From Pseudomonadota bacterium (GTDB lineage: Bacteria > Desulfobacterota > Desulfovibrionia > Desulfovibrionales > Desulfovibrionaceae): a stretch of DNA of 64,000 bases. The notes below the pieces were generated by a model, which did no database searches, was not told the origin of the DNA, and worked only from the letters and a program-made list of their open reading frames with translations. The stretch spans positions 23,377 to 87,376 of the forward strand of contig JAHJLB010000033.1 in NCBI GenBank assembly GCA_018822105.1, given 5' to 3'. This document shows positions 17,742-26,291 of this stretch, one piece after another (position 1 is the stretch's first letter; each line of letters begins with the position of its first letter). The position numbers and the translations under genes were made by a program.

Positions 17742-18593
17742 CTATTCGTACTTTTTGGCGTAGGTCGCGTCATTGTACAGGGCCGCGCCGTGTTCGCGCT
17801 TGCCGAAGCGGGCGATGATCTTCTGGCCCGCGGGGGAGCTGACGAAGTCGATGAACTTGGCGGCCGTGGCGCTGCCCGGGGTGGCCCCGTCCGGCTGGCG
17901 CAGGGTGTGGTAGGTGTTGATGAGCACGCCATCGCCCCGGAACAGGATGGCCAGCTTCCTGGCCGCCTTCTTCTCGGCCACCCAGGTGCTGCTGTCGGTC
18001 ATGAAATAGCCCTGCTCGACGTTGGCGCGCATGAGGGCGTCCTTCATGAAGCCCTTGGCGATGATGTACCAGCCGCCCTCCGGGCTGATCTCCGCGGCCT
18101 TCCAGATGGCCAGCTCCTTCTTGTGCGTGCCGGAATTGTCTCCGCGGGAGAAGAATTTGGCCTCGGCCTTGGCGATGCGGGCGTAAGCCTCGGCGGCGCT
18201 CTTGGCCTTGGCTATGCCCGCCGGGTCCTTCTTCGGGCCCACGATGTAGAACTCGTTGGAGCCGATGAGCGCGTGCTGGACGGCCCAGCCCTCGGCCAGG
18301 GCGGCCTTCTCGGCCTTGGGGGCGTGGACCATGATCATGTCCACGTCCTTGGCCCGGAGCAGGTCCAGGGACTCGCCGGAGCCGGCCTTGACCCAGTTGA
18401 GCCTGGCCTTTTCCTTCGCGCCGAAGGCCTCGCCCAGGACCTTCAGCAGGCCCAGCTCGCCGGGACTGCCCGTGGCCAGGGTGAACTCAGCCGGTCCGGG
18501 GCCATAGGATGCGGTGACTTTCGGGGCGGCCTGCGCCGCGGCGGCGCAGAGGAGAACGGCCAACAGGACGAAGACGGGAACCAGCTTGCGCAT
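17742..18593 (-). CDS. Second TupA-like periplasmic oxyanion-binding protein (divergent paralogue)
   Basis: ATG 18593. Signal peptide MRKLVPVFVLLAVLLCAAAAQA. Has LATGSPGELGLLK in place of the TTTS motif but keeps SRGDNSGTH. Confidence 0.8.
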   Translation of the reverse strand: MRKLVPVFVLLAVLLCAAAAQAAPKVTASYGPGPAEFTLATGSPGELGLLKVLGEAFGAKEKARLNWVKAGSGESLDLLRAKDVDMIMVHAPKAEKAALAEGWAVQHALIGSNEFYIVGPKKDPAGIAKAKSAAEAYARIAKAEAKFFSRGDNSGTHKKELAIWKAAEISPEGGWYIIAKGFMKDALMRANVEQGYFMTDSSTWVAEKKAARKLAILFRGDGVLINTYHTLRQPDGATPGSATAAKFIDFVSSPAGQKIIARFGKREHGAALYNDATYAKKYE

Positions 18594-18703
18594 GATGCAT
18601 TGACCTCCGGCAAAGGGTGGGGGGCGCGCCGCAACGGCGGCCACGTATGCCACGAATGACATACAACGCCGGAGGAAGTAAAGGGCCTGCCGTCATGTCG
18701 CGT

Positions 18704-19681
18704 TCAGGCACCGCCCGAAGTCCCGTTGACCACGTTCTGCGGCCGGCCCGCGAGAAAGGCCTCCAGGTTGGCCGCCACGCCGGCCATGAGCCGGGTGCGG
18801 GCCTCGCGCGAGGCCCAGGCCACGTGGGGGGTGATGAGGCAGTTGGGCGCCTTGAGCAGCGGATTGTCGGGGCGGATGGGCTCCTGGCGCACCACGTCCA
18901 GGGCGGCCCCGGCCAGGCGGCCCGAGGCCAGGGCCGAAGCCAGGGCGGCCTCGTCCACCAGCTGGCCGCGCGCGGTGTTCACCAGGCGCGCCGTGGGCTT
19001 CATGAGCCCGAGCCGCCGCGCGTCCACCAGGTTCTCGTTGTCCGCGGTGAGGGGGCAGTGCAGGCTGACCACGTCCGAGGCGGCGAAGAGCTCGTCCAGG
19101 CCGCAAAAGGCGAAGCCCCGGAGCGCGGGCGCTGGCTTGGGCCTGGGGGCGTAGGCCAGCACGCGCATGTCGAAGGCCTGGGCCAGCCCGGCCACGCGGC
19201 TGCCGATGGCCCCGAAGCCCACCACGCCGAAGGTCTTGCCGGAAAGCTCCTGCACCGGCTCTTCCCAGAAGCAGAAGTCCGGCTGCGCGCCCCAGCGGCC
19301 CCCGGCCACGGCCCGGGCGTGGAGGGAGGTGTGGCTGAACATCTCCAGTACCACGGACAGCACGTGCTGGGCCACGGAGGGCGGCGAATAGCCGGGCACG
19401 TTGCACACGGGGATGCCGCGCGCGCGCGCCGCGGCCGTGTCCACCACGTTGAAGCCCGTGGCCAGCACCAGGATGCACCTGAGGTCCGGCAGGGCCTTGA
19501 TGGTCGCGGCGTCGAGCACGGTCTTGTTGGTCAGGAGCACGTCCGCGCCCTGGGCCCGCTCCAGCACCAATTCAGGCGGGGTGCGGTCAAAGACGATCAG
19601 CCCGCCCTGGCGGGCCAGGGCCTCCCAGGACACGTCCTGGCCCATGGTGTGGCCGTCCAATACCACCAGCCGCTTGCCCAT
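18704..19681 (-). CDS. D-isomer-specific 2-hydroxyacid dehydrogenase (glycerate dehydrogenase-like)
   Basis: 325 aa. NAD fold GVVGFGAIGSRVA. Catalytic region NTARGQLVDE...ITPHVAW. Confidence 0.85.
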   Translation of the reverse strand: MGKRLVVLDGHTMGQDVSWEALARQGGLIVFDRTPPELVLERAQGADVLLTNKTVLDAATIKALPDLRCILVLATGFNVVDTAAARARGIPVCNVPGYSPPSVAQHVLSVVLEMFSHTSLHARAVAGGRWGAQPDFCFWEEPVQELSGKTFGVVGFGAIGSRVAGLAQAFDMRVLAYAPRPKPAPALRGFAFCGLDELFAASDVVSLHCPLTADNENLVDARRLGLMKPTARLVNTARGQLVDEAALASALASGRLAGAALDVVRQEPIRPDNPLLKAPNCLITPHVAWASREARTRLMAGVAANLEAFLAGRPQNVVNGTSGGA

Positions 19682-19738
19682 TCCCGGCTCCTTTGGACCA
19701 TGGCGCGCCGTCGGCGCCCGGCGTTGGGGTTCAGCCCC

Positions 19739-20515
19739 CTAGGGCTTGAAGATGAGCCCCTGCCCCGTGGGCAGGCTGAGCACCCGGCAGCCGCGCCTGG
19801 CCGCAAACTCGTCAAAGGCGCGCTTCTGGGGCTCGTGCAGCTCAAAGCCGTAGTCGTCGAGGACAATGACCGCCCCGCTGACCAGCTTGTCCCAGAAGAA
19901 CTCCGCGGCGGCGATTTCCGGGGCCACGCAGTTCATGTCGATGGCCAGGTAGGCGACCTTTTGCGCAGTGACCTGGGACAGGGTCTCCGGCACGGTGCCG
20001 GGGATGACGCGCACGTTCTTGAAGGGCGCGAAGGTCTCGCGCACGGCGTCCAGGCACTCGGTGTAGCCCCCGGGCACGCGGCCCAGGCGGCGCTCCTCGT
20101 CGTTGATGTGCGTCGCGGCCAGGCCCTGGAAGGTGTCCAGAAGCCACAGGGTCTTGGGCAGGGAGCCGAAGTCCACATAGTGGATCAGCCCGCGGCTCAT
20201 GCTGCCCCGGTTCACGCCGCACTCCACAAAGTCGCCCTCCAGGGTGCTGGCCTTGTACGCGGCCCAGTAGACCACGGAATGCCGCCAGGCGGGATTGTCG
20301 TTTGCGGTCATGCCCGTGGCCCGGGCCAGGGCGTAGGACTCGACAAACAGCTTGTCGCGCAGAAAGTCGGCGTTGTGCCGGGTCACAAGCCCGTCGCTGT
20401 TGTAGGTCGCGCCCGGGAAATGGATGAACTTGTTGGGGGCTCCGATGCAGCGCAGGATCTTGGCGACCTGCTCCGGCAGCGCGCCCAGAAGGGCGCGGCG
20501 TATGGTCCGTATCAT
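19739..20515 (-). CDS. TylF (macrocin O-methyltransferase) family class I SAM-dependent methyltransferase
   Basis: ATG 20515 with GAGGAGG SD. GDFVECGVNRGSMS and AYLAIDMN. The upstream part of track ORF 19739..20938 is spurious. Confidence 0.8.
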   Translation of the reverse strand: MIRTIRRALLGALPEQVAKILRCIGAPNKFIHFPGATYNSDGLVTRHNADFLRDKLFVESYALARATGMTANDNPAWRHSVVYWAAYKASTLEGDFVECGVNRGSMSRGLIHYVDFGSLPKTLWLLDTFQGLAATHINDEERRLGRVPGGYTECLDAVRETFAPFKNVRVIPGTVPETLSQVTAQKVAYLAIDMNCVAPEIAAAEFFWDKLVSGAVIVLDDYGFELHEPQKRAFDEFAARRGCRVLSLPTGQGLIFKP

Positions 20516-20749
20516 ATGTCTTGCCTCCTCGGCATGTGTCGTCTTCTCCGGCCACAGGTTGCCGGCCGCCAGCCGGCGCGGGCTTTGCCACCCCGGGAAA
20601 GCACCGGGGGACCCTACCCCCGGAGTCGGCTCCTGGCAAGTTCCGACATTGCCAAAGCAGCCCCACCCCCTTGACATTTCCCGGCAATCCGGCGAAATAG
20701 AAGCGCCTCGGCTCAGCAGAGCCGCAAAAGAATGCACGGAGGAACGATC

Positions 20750-20893
20750 ATGCTCGGCGAACTTTTGAAGGACATGGCCCACAGCACCACCCAGGGGACC
20801 GTCGGCGTCTCCCTGATCTTCATCTACATGGCCTGGATCATCATCGTGGCCCTCATCCGCATCAAGCAGGGCAAGGCCGAAGGCCACCACTAG
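20750..20893 (+). CDS. 47-aa single-TM small protein
   Basis: MLGELLKDMAHSTTQGTVGVSLIFIYMAWIIIVALIRIKQGKAEGHH. GGAGGAAC SD 5 nt upstream; TTGACA at 20671; hairpin terminator downstream. Below the ORF-track cut-off. Confidence 0.5.
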   Translation: MLGELLKDMAHSTTQGTVGVSLIFIYMAWIIIVALIRIKQGKAEGHH

Positions 20894-20942
20894 CCCCGCC
20901 GCCGGGAGCCCCTCCCGGCCTGACCGCCAGCGAGCCAAAAGG

Positions 20943-20985
20943 CTGACCGGGTCGCCCAGGGCAACCCGGTCAGACTTTATTTATA
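20943..20985 (+). terminator. Intrinsic terminator
   Basis: CTGACCGGGT...ACCCGGTCAG 10-bp stem followed by ACTTTATTTAT. Confidence 0.65.
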
Positions 20986-21034
20986 AAAACGCCACGGCGC
21001 CCACCGCGCATGGCCAAAATTCAGGAGCCGCACC

Positions 21035-21463
21035 ATGACCCGCCTGCCCGCCATGCTCGTGGTTTTCGCCTTCCTTGCCGCGGCCTGCGCCCTTGGCCCC
21101 GCCAGCGCCTTTGCCGACGCCTCCGCAAACCTGACCCTGAAGGAGCTTAAAGACTCCGGGGGCCAGGCCATGACCAGCGGGCAGGTCAAAACCTTTCTCC
21201 TCAAGGGTACGGTCCACTGGACGAACAAGGAGAAGAGGGACACGCTGAAATTCTTCGATGACGGCACCCTCAAGGCCACCAATCAAAGGAACTTCCAGGC
21301 CAGGGGCACGTGGTCCGTGGATGCCGAGGGCATCTTCAGCATGGTGCAGAACTGGTCCACGCAGGAAAAGACTTCAGGCAAGGCCTACGCCAAGGGCGAC
21401 GCGTGCTATTTGTTCAGCCCCGATGCCAGCGACGGGTCCACCTGGGTGTATTTCATGGAATAG
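21035..21463 (+). CDS. Secreted protein of unknown function
   Basis: 142 aa. Signal peptide MTRLPAMLVVFAFLAAACALGPASAFA; balanced composition; terminator downstream. Confidence 0.7.
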   Translation: MTRLPAMLVVFAFLAAACALGPASAFADASANLTLKELKDSGGQAMTSGQVKTFLLKGTVHWTNKEKRDTLKFFDDGTLKATNQRNFQARGTWSVDAEGIFSMVQNWSTQEKTSGKAYAKGDACYLFSPDASDGSTWVYFME

Positions 21464-21489
21464 CGCGCACCAGCGCGCCTAGAGACGCC

Positions 21490-21530
21490 AAAGGCGGCCG
21501 GAGAATCGCTCTCCCGCCGCCTTTTCCTTT
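21490..21530 (+). terminator. Intrinsic terminator between convergent genes
   Basis: GGCGGCCGGAGA...TCTCCCGCCGCC stem (one mismatch) followed by TTTTCCTTT. Confidence 0.6.
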
Positions 21531-21555
21531 ACCGGGCCAGCAACCGCGCCCGCCC

Positions 21556-22146
21556 CTAGCGGTCGCTCCACTCCGCCTCCAGGGCCGCCAGCTCCTCGGA
21601 CGTGAAGGCCGGGGCGTCGAGGAGCCCTGCGCGACGGCGCTGGGAAAAGGCCTCGTACAGGATCACCGCGGCGGCCACGGACACGTTCAGGCTCTGCACC
21701 ATGCCCTGCATGGGGATGTAGAGCTCCTGCGCCACGGCCTCCACCAGCTCGGGCGAGGCCCCGCGGTGCTCGTTGGACAGAATCACCGCCGTGGGCCGCG
21801 TGAAGTCGAAGTCGTAGAGTGGCCGCGCCGTGCCGGAAAAGCCCGTGCGGATGACCTGGTACCCGCCGGCGGAGAACTCCGCCAGCATGCCCGCGCTGCT
21901 GTCGTGGCAGGCGCGCTCCACCCACTTCTTGGCCGAGGCCGAGGACTTCTTGCCCAGCTCCGGCCATTTCTCCGTGGTGTAGTAGAGGTGCACGCGGTGC
22001 AGGCCAAAGGCGTCGCAGCTGCGGAGAATGGCCGAGACATTGTGCGGGTCCCAGATGTTGTCCATGACCAGGGTGAAGTCGCGCTGGCGGCGCGCCAGGA
22101 CGCTTCGGATGCGCTCTGCGCGCTCAGGGGTGATGAATCCTCGCAT
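21556..22146 (-). CDS. SpoU/TrmH family RNA 2'-O-methyltransferase
   Basis: VMDNIWDPHNVSAILRSCDAFG...ILSNEHRGAS...IPMQGMVQSLNVSVAAAVILYE. Start is ATG 22146 or GTG 22170. Confidence 0.8.
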   Translation of the reverse strand: MRGFITPERAERIRSVLARRQRDFTLVMDNIWDPHNVSAILRSCDAFGLHRVHLYYTTEKWPELGKKSSASAKKWVERACHDSSAGMLAEFSAGGYQVIRTGFSGTARPLYDFDFTRPTAVILSNEHRGASPELVEAVAQELYIPMQGMVQSLNVSVAAAVILYEAFSQRRRAGLLDAPAFTSEELAALEAEWSDR

Positions 22147-22276
22147 GGGCGGGCTTCTATCCGAGAACACGCCCCCAGCGCAAGGGGCCTTCCGGGTGCT
22201 CTTTCCTGTTGACTAATCCGCCAATCATGAGAAAGTGAACAATAGCAAGGAAACGACGTCAATCCGCGGGGGAGGC

Positions 22277-22672
22277 ATGCGCGCACTCATTGTCGAAGAT
22301 GAATTTCTTGGCCGCAAGGTGCTCACGTCCTTTATCAAATCACTTTTCGAAGTGGATGCGGCTGTCGACGGCAAGGAGGCGGTCACGGCGTTCTGCCAGG
22401 CCCACGAGGAGGGCCGGCCCTACGATCTCATCCTCATGGACATCATGCTTCCGGAGCTGGACGGGGTGGCGGCCATGACGCAGATACGCGCCCTGGAGCA
22501 GGAGAAGAAGCTCCAGCCCCGGGTCAAGGTGCTCATGACCACCGCCCTGGATGACGCCAGGACCGTGATCCGCTCCTTCCACGACGGCGAGGCCGCGGGC
22601 TACCTCGTCAAGCCGCTGACCAAGGACAAGCTCTTCGCCGAACTGCGGAAGCTTGGCTTCGTCACGCCATAG
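22277..22672 (+). CDS. CheY-like single-domain response regulator
   Basis: GGGGGAGG SD then ATG 22277. MRALIVEDE...DLILMDIMLPELDG...GYLVKP. Confidence 0.85.
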   Translation: MRALIVEDEFLGRKVLTSFIKSLFEVDAAVDGKEAVTAFCQAHEEGRPYDLILMDIMLPELDGVAAMTQIRALEQEKKLQPRVKVLMTTALDDARTVIRSFHDGEAAGYLVKPLTKDKLFAELRKLGFVTP

Positions 22673-22692
22673 CAACCGTTGCCGGAGGCCTT

Positions 22693-23421
22693 GTGAGCGA
22701 CGCGTTGGCAGAGGAATTCTTCGCCGAGGTGGGCGACAAGTACTACCCCCAAGTGCTGGAGGGCCTGGAGCGCTTCGGCTCGGGCGATGTGGCGGGCGGC
22801 ATCGAGGTGCTCTCGCGGCCCCTGCACACCATCAAGGGCGTCACCGGGTTCATGCCCGGGTTCGAGTCCGCCAGCGCCTTCACCCACAAGGTCGAAAGCT
22901 TTCTCAAGAAGCTGCAGGCTGGCGCCCTGCCGCACAGCGCGGACAACATCTCCCTGGCCGCCCACGGCGTGAACTCCATCTTCGTGGTCATCGATCAGAT
23001 CCGCGTCTCGGGCGCCCCTGACCTGGACGAAATGGCCGCCGTGGTCGAGGTGCTGGACGCCGCCAGCGGCGAGGGCGCCGGGGGCAAGGCCGCGGCCGGC
23101 GCCTCCTGCCTGCGCGTGGAGCAGGAGCAGGGCCGCGCCGTGGTGCGCATGAGCGCCACGCGCATCCACCGCAAGCAGCAGCGCGACCAGATCGTCGGCG
23201 CCATCATCACGCAGCCCCAGGAGACCCCCGTCGTCCTGGACCTGTCCGTGGTCAAGACCTTCGGCTCCTCGGCCTGGGAGGACATCGCCGACCTGGCCGG
23301 GCACTGGAGCCTCAGCGTGCGCGGGCTCTCCGGGGCCGCGCGCGAGACCTTCTACGCGGGCGGGATGGACGCCCTGCTGGCCGTGCTGCCTGCGGACCAG
23401 CCCACGGAGGCGGGCCAGTGA
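22693..23421 (+). CDS. Hpt (phosphotransfer) domain fused to a STAS-like domain
   Basis: GTG 22693. Hpt motif RPLHTIKGVTGF. The C-terminal PVVLDLSVVKTFGSSAWEDIADLAGHWSLSVRGLSGAARETF resembles SpoIIAA/STAS. Confidence 0.7.
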   Translation: MSDALAEEFFAEVGDKYYPQVLEGLERFGSGDVAGGIEVLSRPLHTIKGVTGFMPGFESASAFTHKVESFLKKLQAGALPHSADNISLAAHGVNSIFVVIDQIRVSGAPDLDEMAAVVEVLDAASGEGAGGKAAAGASCLRVEQEQGRAVVRMSATRIHRKQQRDQIVGAIITQPQETPVVLDLSVVKTFGSSAWEDIADLAGHWSLSVRGLSGAARETFYAGGMDALLAVLPADQPTEAGQ

Positions 23422-25055
23422 AGGACATCATCGCCCAATGCGTGGAGCCCATGGAGGACATGGTGCTGCGGCTGGAGGAGGGCCAGGCCGGGCCGGAGGC
23501 CGTGCGCGAGGCCCTGGACGTCCTGGGGATCACGCACCTGAAGCTGCCCTCGGCCCAGCTCACCACGCTGCTCGACATGTTCGGCGACGGCATCACCCCG
23601 GTGAACGAGGGCCTGGTCACCGCGCTTTTGCGCATCTGCGAGGCCCACAGGAAGTTCCTGCTGACCCTGGCCGGGGTGCTCGACCAGCCCCGCGTGGCCG
23701 CCCCTGCGCCCGCCCCCCGGCCCGAGCCGGCCGCGCAGCCCGAGCCTGTGCAGCCAAAGCCTGTGCAGGCCCCGCCGGACGGCCTCGAACCGCCGCAGGC
23801 CGCGCCCGCGGATGAGGCCGAAAAGCATGCCGAGCAGGCCCTGCAGACCGGCAAGCAGGGCATCAGCAGCGTCCGCGTGCCCACGGAGCGCCTGGACAGC
23901 CTCATCGAACTGGTGGGCAAGCTCATGGTCACCTTTGCCGTGCTTTCGCAGTCCGGCACGCGCGGAGCCACCCTCTCGGCCTCCACCCTGGCCGAACTGG
24001 ACACGGTCATCAACGGCCTGCAGACGCAGGTGGACGCCATCCGCCTGGTGCCGCTGCGCCAGATCTTCCTGCCCATGAACCGCTTGGTGCAGAGCCTGTC
24101 GCAGAAGATGCAGAAAAAGGTTCGCTTCACCATAACCGGCGACGAGCTGGCCCTGGACAAGACCATTGTGGAGAGCCTGAACGAGCCCCTGGTGCATCTG
24201 CTGCGCAACGCCCTGGACCACGGCGTGGAGACCCCGGAGGAGCGCCTGGCCGCCGGCAAGGATGAAACCGGCAGCGTGGGCCTCGCAGCCTACCGCAAGG
24301 GCGACACGGCCTACGTCGAGGTCTCCGACGACGGCAAGGGCCTGAGCGCCGCGCGCATCCGCGCCAAGGCCGAGGAAAGGGGCCTTGTGGAGCCCGGCGC
24401 GGAGCTGAGCGAGGCCGAGACCATCCAGTTCATCCTGCGCTCCGGCTTCAGCACCGCGGAGACCGTCACCGACGTCTCCGGCCGGGGCGTGGGCATGGAC
24501 GCCGTGGCCAACGCCGTGCGCGCCACCCTGGGCGGCGACATCCTCATCGAGAACCTGCCCTCGGCCGGCTCGCGCTTCACCCTGTCCATCCCGCTCTCGC
24601 GCTCGGTCAACGAGGGCATCGTGGACGCCCTGGTCTGCCGCGTGGGGCCGGAGACGCTCATCATGCCCTCCCGCGACGTGCTCGAAATCTACGCCCCGAA
24701 GGCCGGGGACGTGGTGGCCCTGCCCGACGGCGGCGAGGCCGTGAGCGTGCGCGGGCAGATGTACCATCTGCTGCGCCTGGGACGCCACCTGGGCCTGGCC
24801 GAAGACGGCGCGGACGTCACCCGCGGGCTCATCGTCACCGTGTGCATGGGCGAGGCGCGCGCCGCGCTCCTGGTGGACGAGGTGCTGCGCCAGCAGCAGG
24901 TGGTGGTCACGGGCTTCACCGTGCCCGTGCAGGACATCTTCGGCCTGCCCATCCTGGGCTTCGGCATGATGGGCGAAAGCGACGCCCTGGTGCTGGACAT
25001 CGAGAAGCTGCTGGGCAGCCTCTCTGGCCAGCCCGCTGCGCCTGGCGCGGCTTGA
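23418..25055 (+). CDS. CheA-like histidine kinase lacking a canonical P1/Hpt domain (P3 dimerisation, P4 HATPase, P5 CheW-like)
   Basis: Start overlaps the previous stop (GTGA). VRVPTERLDSLIELVGKLMV, HLLRNALDHGVE, DDGKGL, GRGVGMDAV and a C-terminal CheW-like segment. Confidence 0.8.
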   Translation: MKDIIAQCVEPMEDMVLRLEEGQAGPEAVREALDVLGITHLKLPSAQLTTLLDMFGDGITPVNEGLVTALLRICEAHRKFLLTLAGVLDQPRVAAPAPAPRPEPAAQPEPVQPKPVQAPPDGLEPPQAAPADEAEKHAEQALQTGKQGISSVRVPTERLDSLIELVGKLMVTFAVLSQSGTRGATLSASTLAELDTVINGLQTQVDAIRLVPLRQIFLPMNRLVQSLSQKMQKKVRFTITGDELALDKTIVESLNEPLVHLLRNALDHGVETPEERLAAGKDETGSVGLAAYRKGDTAYVEVSDDGKGLSAARIRAKAEERGLVEPGAELSEAETIQFILRSGFSTAETVTDVSGRGVGMDAVANAVRATLGGDILIENLPSAGSRFTLSIPLSRSVNEGIVDALVCRVGPETLIMPSRDVLEIYAPKAGDVVALPDGGEAVSVRGQMYHLLRLGRHLGLAEDGADVTRGLIVTVCMGEARAALLVDEVLRQQQVVVTGFTVPVQDIFGLPILGFGMMGESDALVLDIEKLLGSLSGQPAAPGAA

Positions 25056-25077
25056 CACCCCGAAGCGGCCGGACTAA

Positions 25078-25250
25078 CGATATCCTCATTCGGCGCCCGC
25101 AAGGGCGAAAAGGGAATCCCGTGCAATTCGGGAGCGGACCCGCCGCCGTGAGCCCCGCAAAGAGTCGGCCCCCCCGCGCGCCACTGGAAGCAATTCCGGG
25201 AAGGCCGGGGCCGATGGGGTGAGTCGGAAGACCTGCCGGATGCGACTTGG
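25078..25250 (+). promoter_or_regulatory. Cobalamin (B12) riboswitch aptamer
   Basis: AAAAGGGAATCCCGTGCAATTCGGGAGCGGACCCGCCGCCGTGAGC core, B12 box GCCACTGG (25180-25187), and GAGTCGGAAGACCTGCCGG closing segment. Boundaries approximate. Confidence 0.85.
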
Positions 25251-25308
25251 GTTTCCTGTCGGCAACGAGGGCTTTTGCCCGGCAGGACTTGAAGGGGACG
25301 AATACGGG

Positions 25309-25347
25309 CACCCCTTTCCGCTTGAAGCGCGGGAAGGGGTGTTTTTT
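25309..25347 (+). terminator. Riboswitch expression-platform terminator (attenuator)
   Basis: CACCCCTTTCCGC (25309-25321) pairs with GCGGGAAGGGGTG (25329-25341) with one mismatch, followed by TTTTTT. Lies 38 nt before the cbiK ATG. Confidence 0.75.
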
Positions 25348-25384
25348 CGCCCCCGCACCAGCCCCTCCGCAGTGGAGGTCCTTC

Positions 25385-26290
25385 ATGCGTCTTCTTCCCT
25401 TCCCTTTGGCTTTCCGTCTCCTGCTGCTCGCCGCCCTGGCGTTGCCTCTGGCCCTGCCCCTTGCCATGCCCGACATGGCCCAGGCCGGGCACAAGGCCCC
25501 GGACAAGCGCGGCATCCTGCTGGTGGCCTTCGGCACCAGCGTGCCCGAGGCCGTTCAGGCCATCGACGCCATCAGACAGCAGGCCGAGGCCGCCTTTCCC
25601 GGCCTGCCCGTGCGCCTGGCCTACTCGTCCAGGATCATCCGCGACAAGCTCGCCGGGGAAGGCGCCGCGAAGAAATCCCCGGCCCAGGCCCTGGCCGACA
25701 TGGCCGCCGAGGGCTTCACCGAGGTCGCCGTGCAGTCCCTGCACTCCATCCCCGGCCGCGAGTATTCCGACATCAAGGCCACGGCCGAGGCCTTCCAGGC
25801 CATGCCCAAGGGCCTCAGGAAGGTCAGCGTGGGCCGCCCCCTGCTTTACTCCCACGCGGACATCGCCAAGGCCGCCGAGGCCGTGCTGGGTTTCCTGCCC
25901 GGGCACAAGAAGGGCGAGGCCGTGCTGCTCATGGGCCACGGCACGGACCACCCGGCCAACGCCGCCTACGCCGCCCTGCAGCTGGCCCTGTGGAAGCGCG
26001 ACCAGAACATCTTCATCGCCACGGTGGAGGACACCCCCGGCCTGGGCGAGGTCATCCCGGAGCTGAAGCGCCAGGGCATCCGCAAGGTGTTCCTGGTGCC
26101 CATGATGTCCGTGGCCGGCGACCACGCCCACAATGACATGGCGGGCAAGGAGGACGACTCCTGGGCCTCCAGGCTCACGGCCGCTGGCATCAGAAGCGAG
26201 CCCGTGCTGGTGGGCCTGGGCAGCCGCCCGGCCGTGGCCGCGCTGTGGATCGACCACCTGCGCGACGCCGTGAAGGAACTGGACCGCTAG
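25385..26290 (+). CDS. cbiK: Periplasmic CbiK-type sirohydrochlorin cobaltochelatase paralogue (CbiK-P)
   Basis: ATG 25385. Signal peptide MRLLPFPLAFRLLLLAALALPLALPLAMP. Chelatase body GILLVAFGTS...LLMGHGTDHPANAAY...VPMMSVAGDHAHNDM. Confidence 0.85.
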   Translation: MRLLPFPLAFRLLLLAALALPLALPLAMPDMAQAGHKAPDKRGILLVAFGTSVPEAVQAIDAIRQQAEAAFPGLPVRLAYSSRIIRDKLAGEGAAKKSPAQALADMAAEGFTEVAVQSLHSIPGREYSDIKATAEAFQAMPKGLRKVSVGRPLLYSHADIAKAAEAVLGFLPGHKKGEAVLLMGHGTDHPANAAYAALQLALWKRDQNIFIATVEDTPGLGEVIPELKRQGIRKVFLVPMMSVAGDHAHNDMAGKEDDSWASRLTAAGIRSEPVLVGLGSRPAVAALWIDHLRDAVKELDR

Positions 26291-26291
26291 C

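Noticed and set aside
25052-25085. TTGACA at 25052 as the promoter of the riboswitch leader.
   Set aside because: The best -10 candidate at 17-nt spacing (TAACGA) matches TATAAT at only 2-3 positions. Evidence is insufficient to call a feature.
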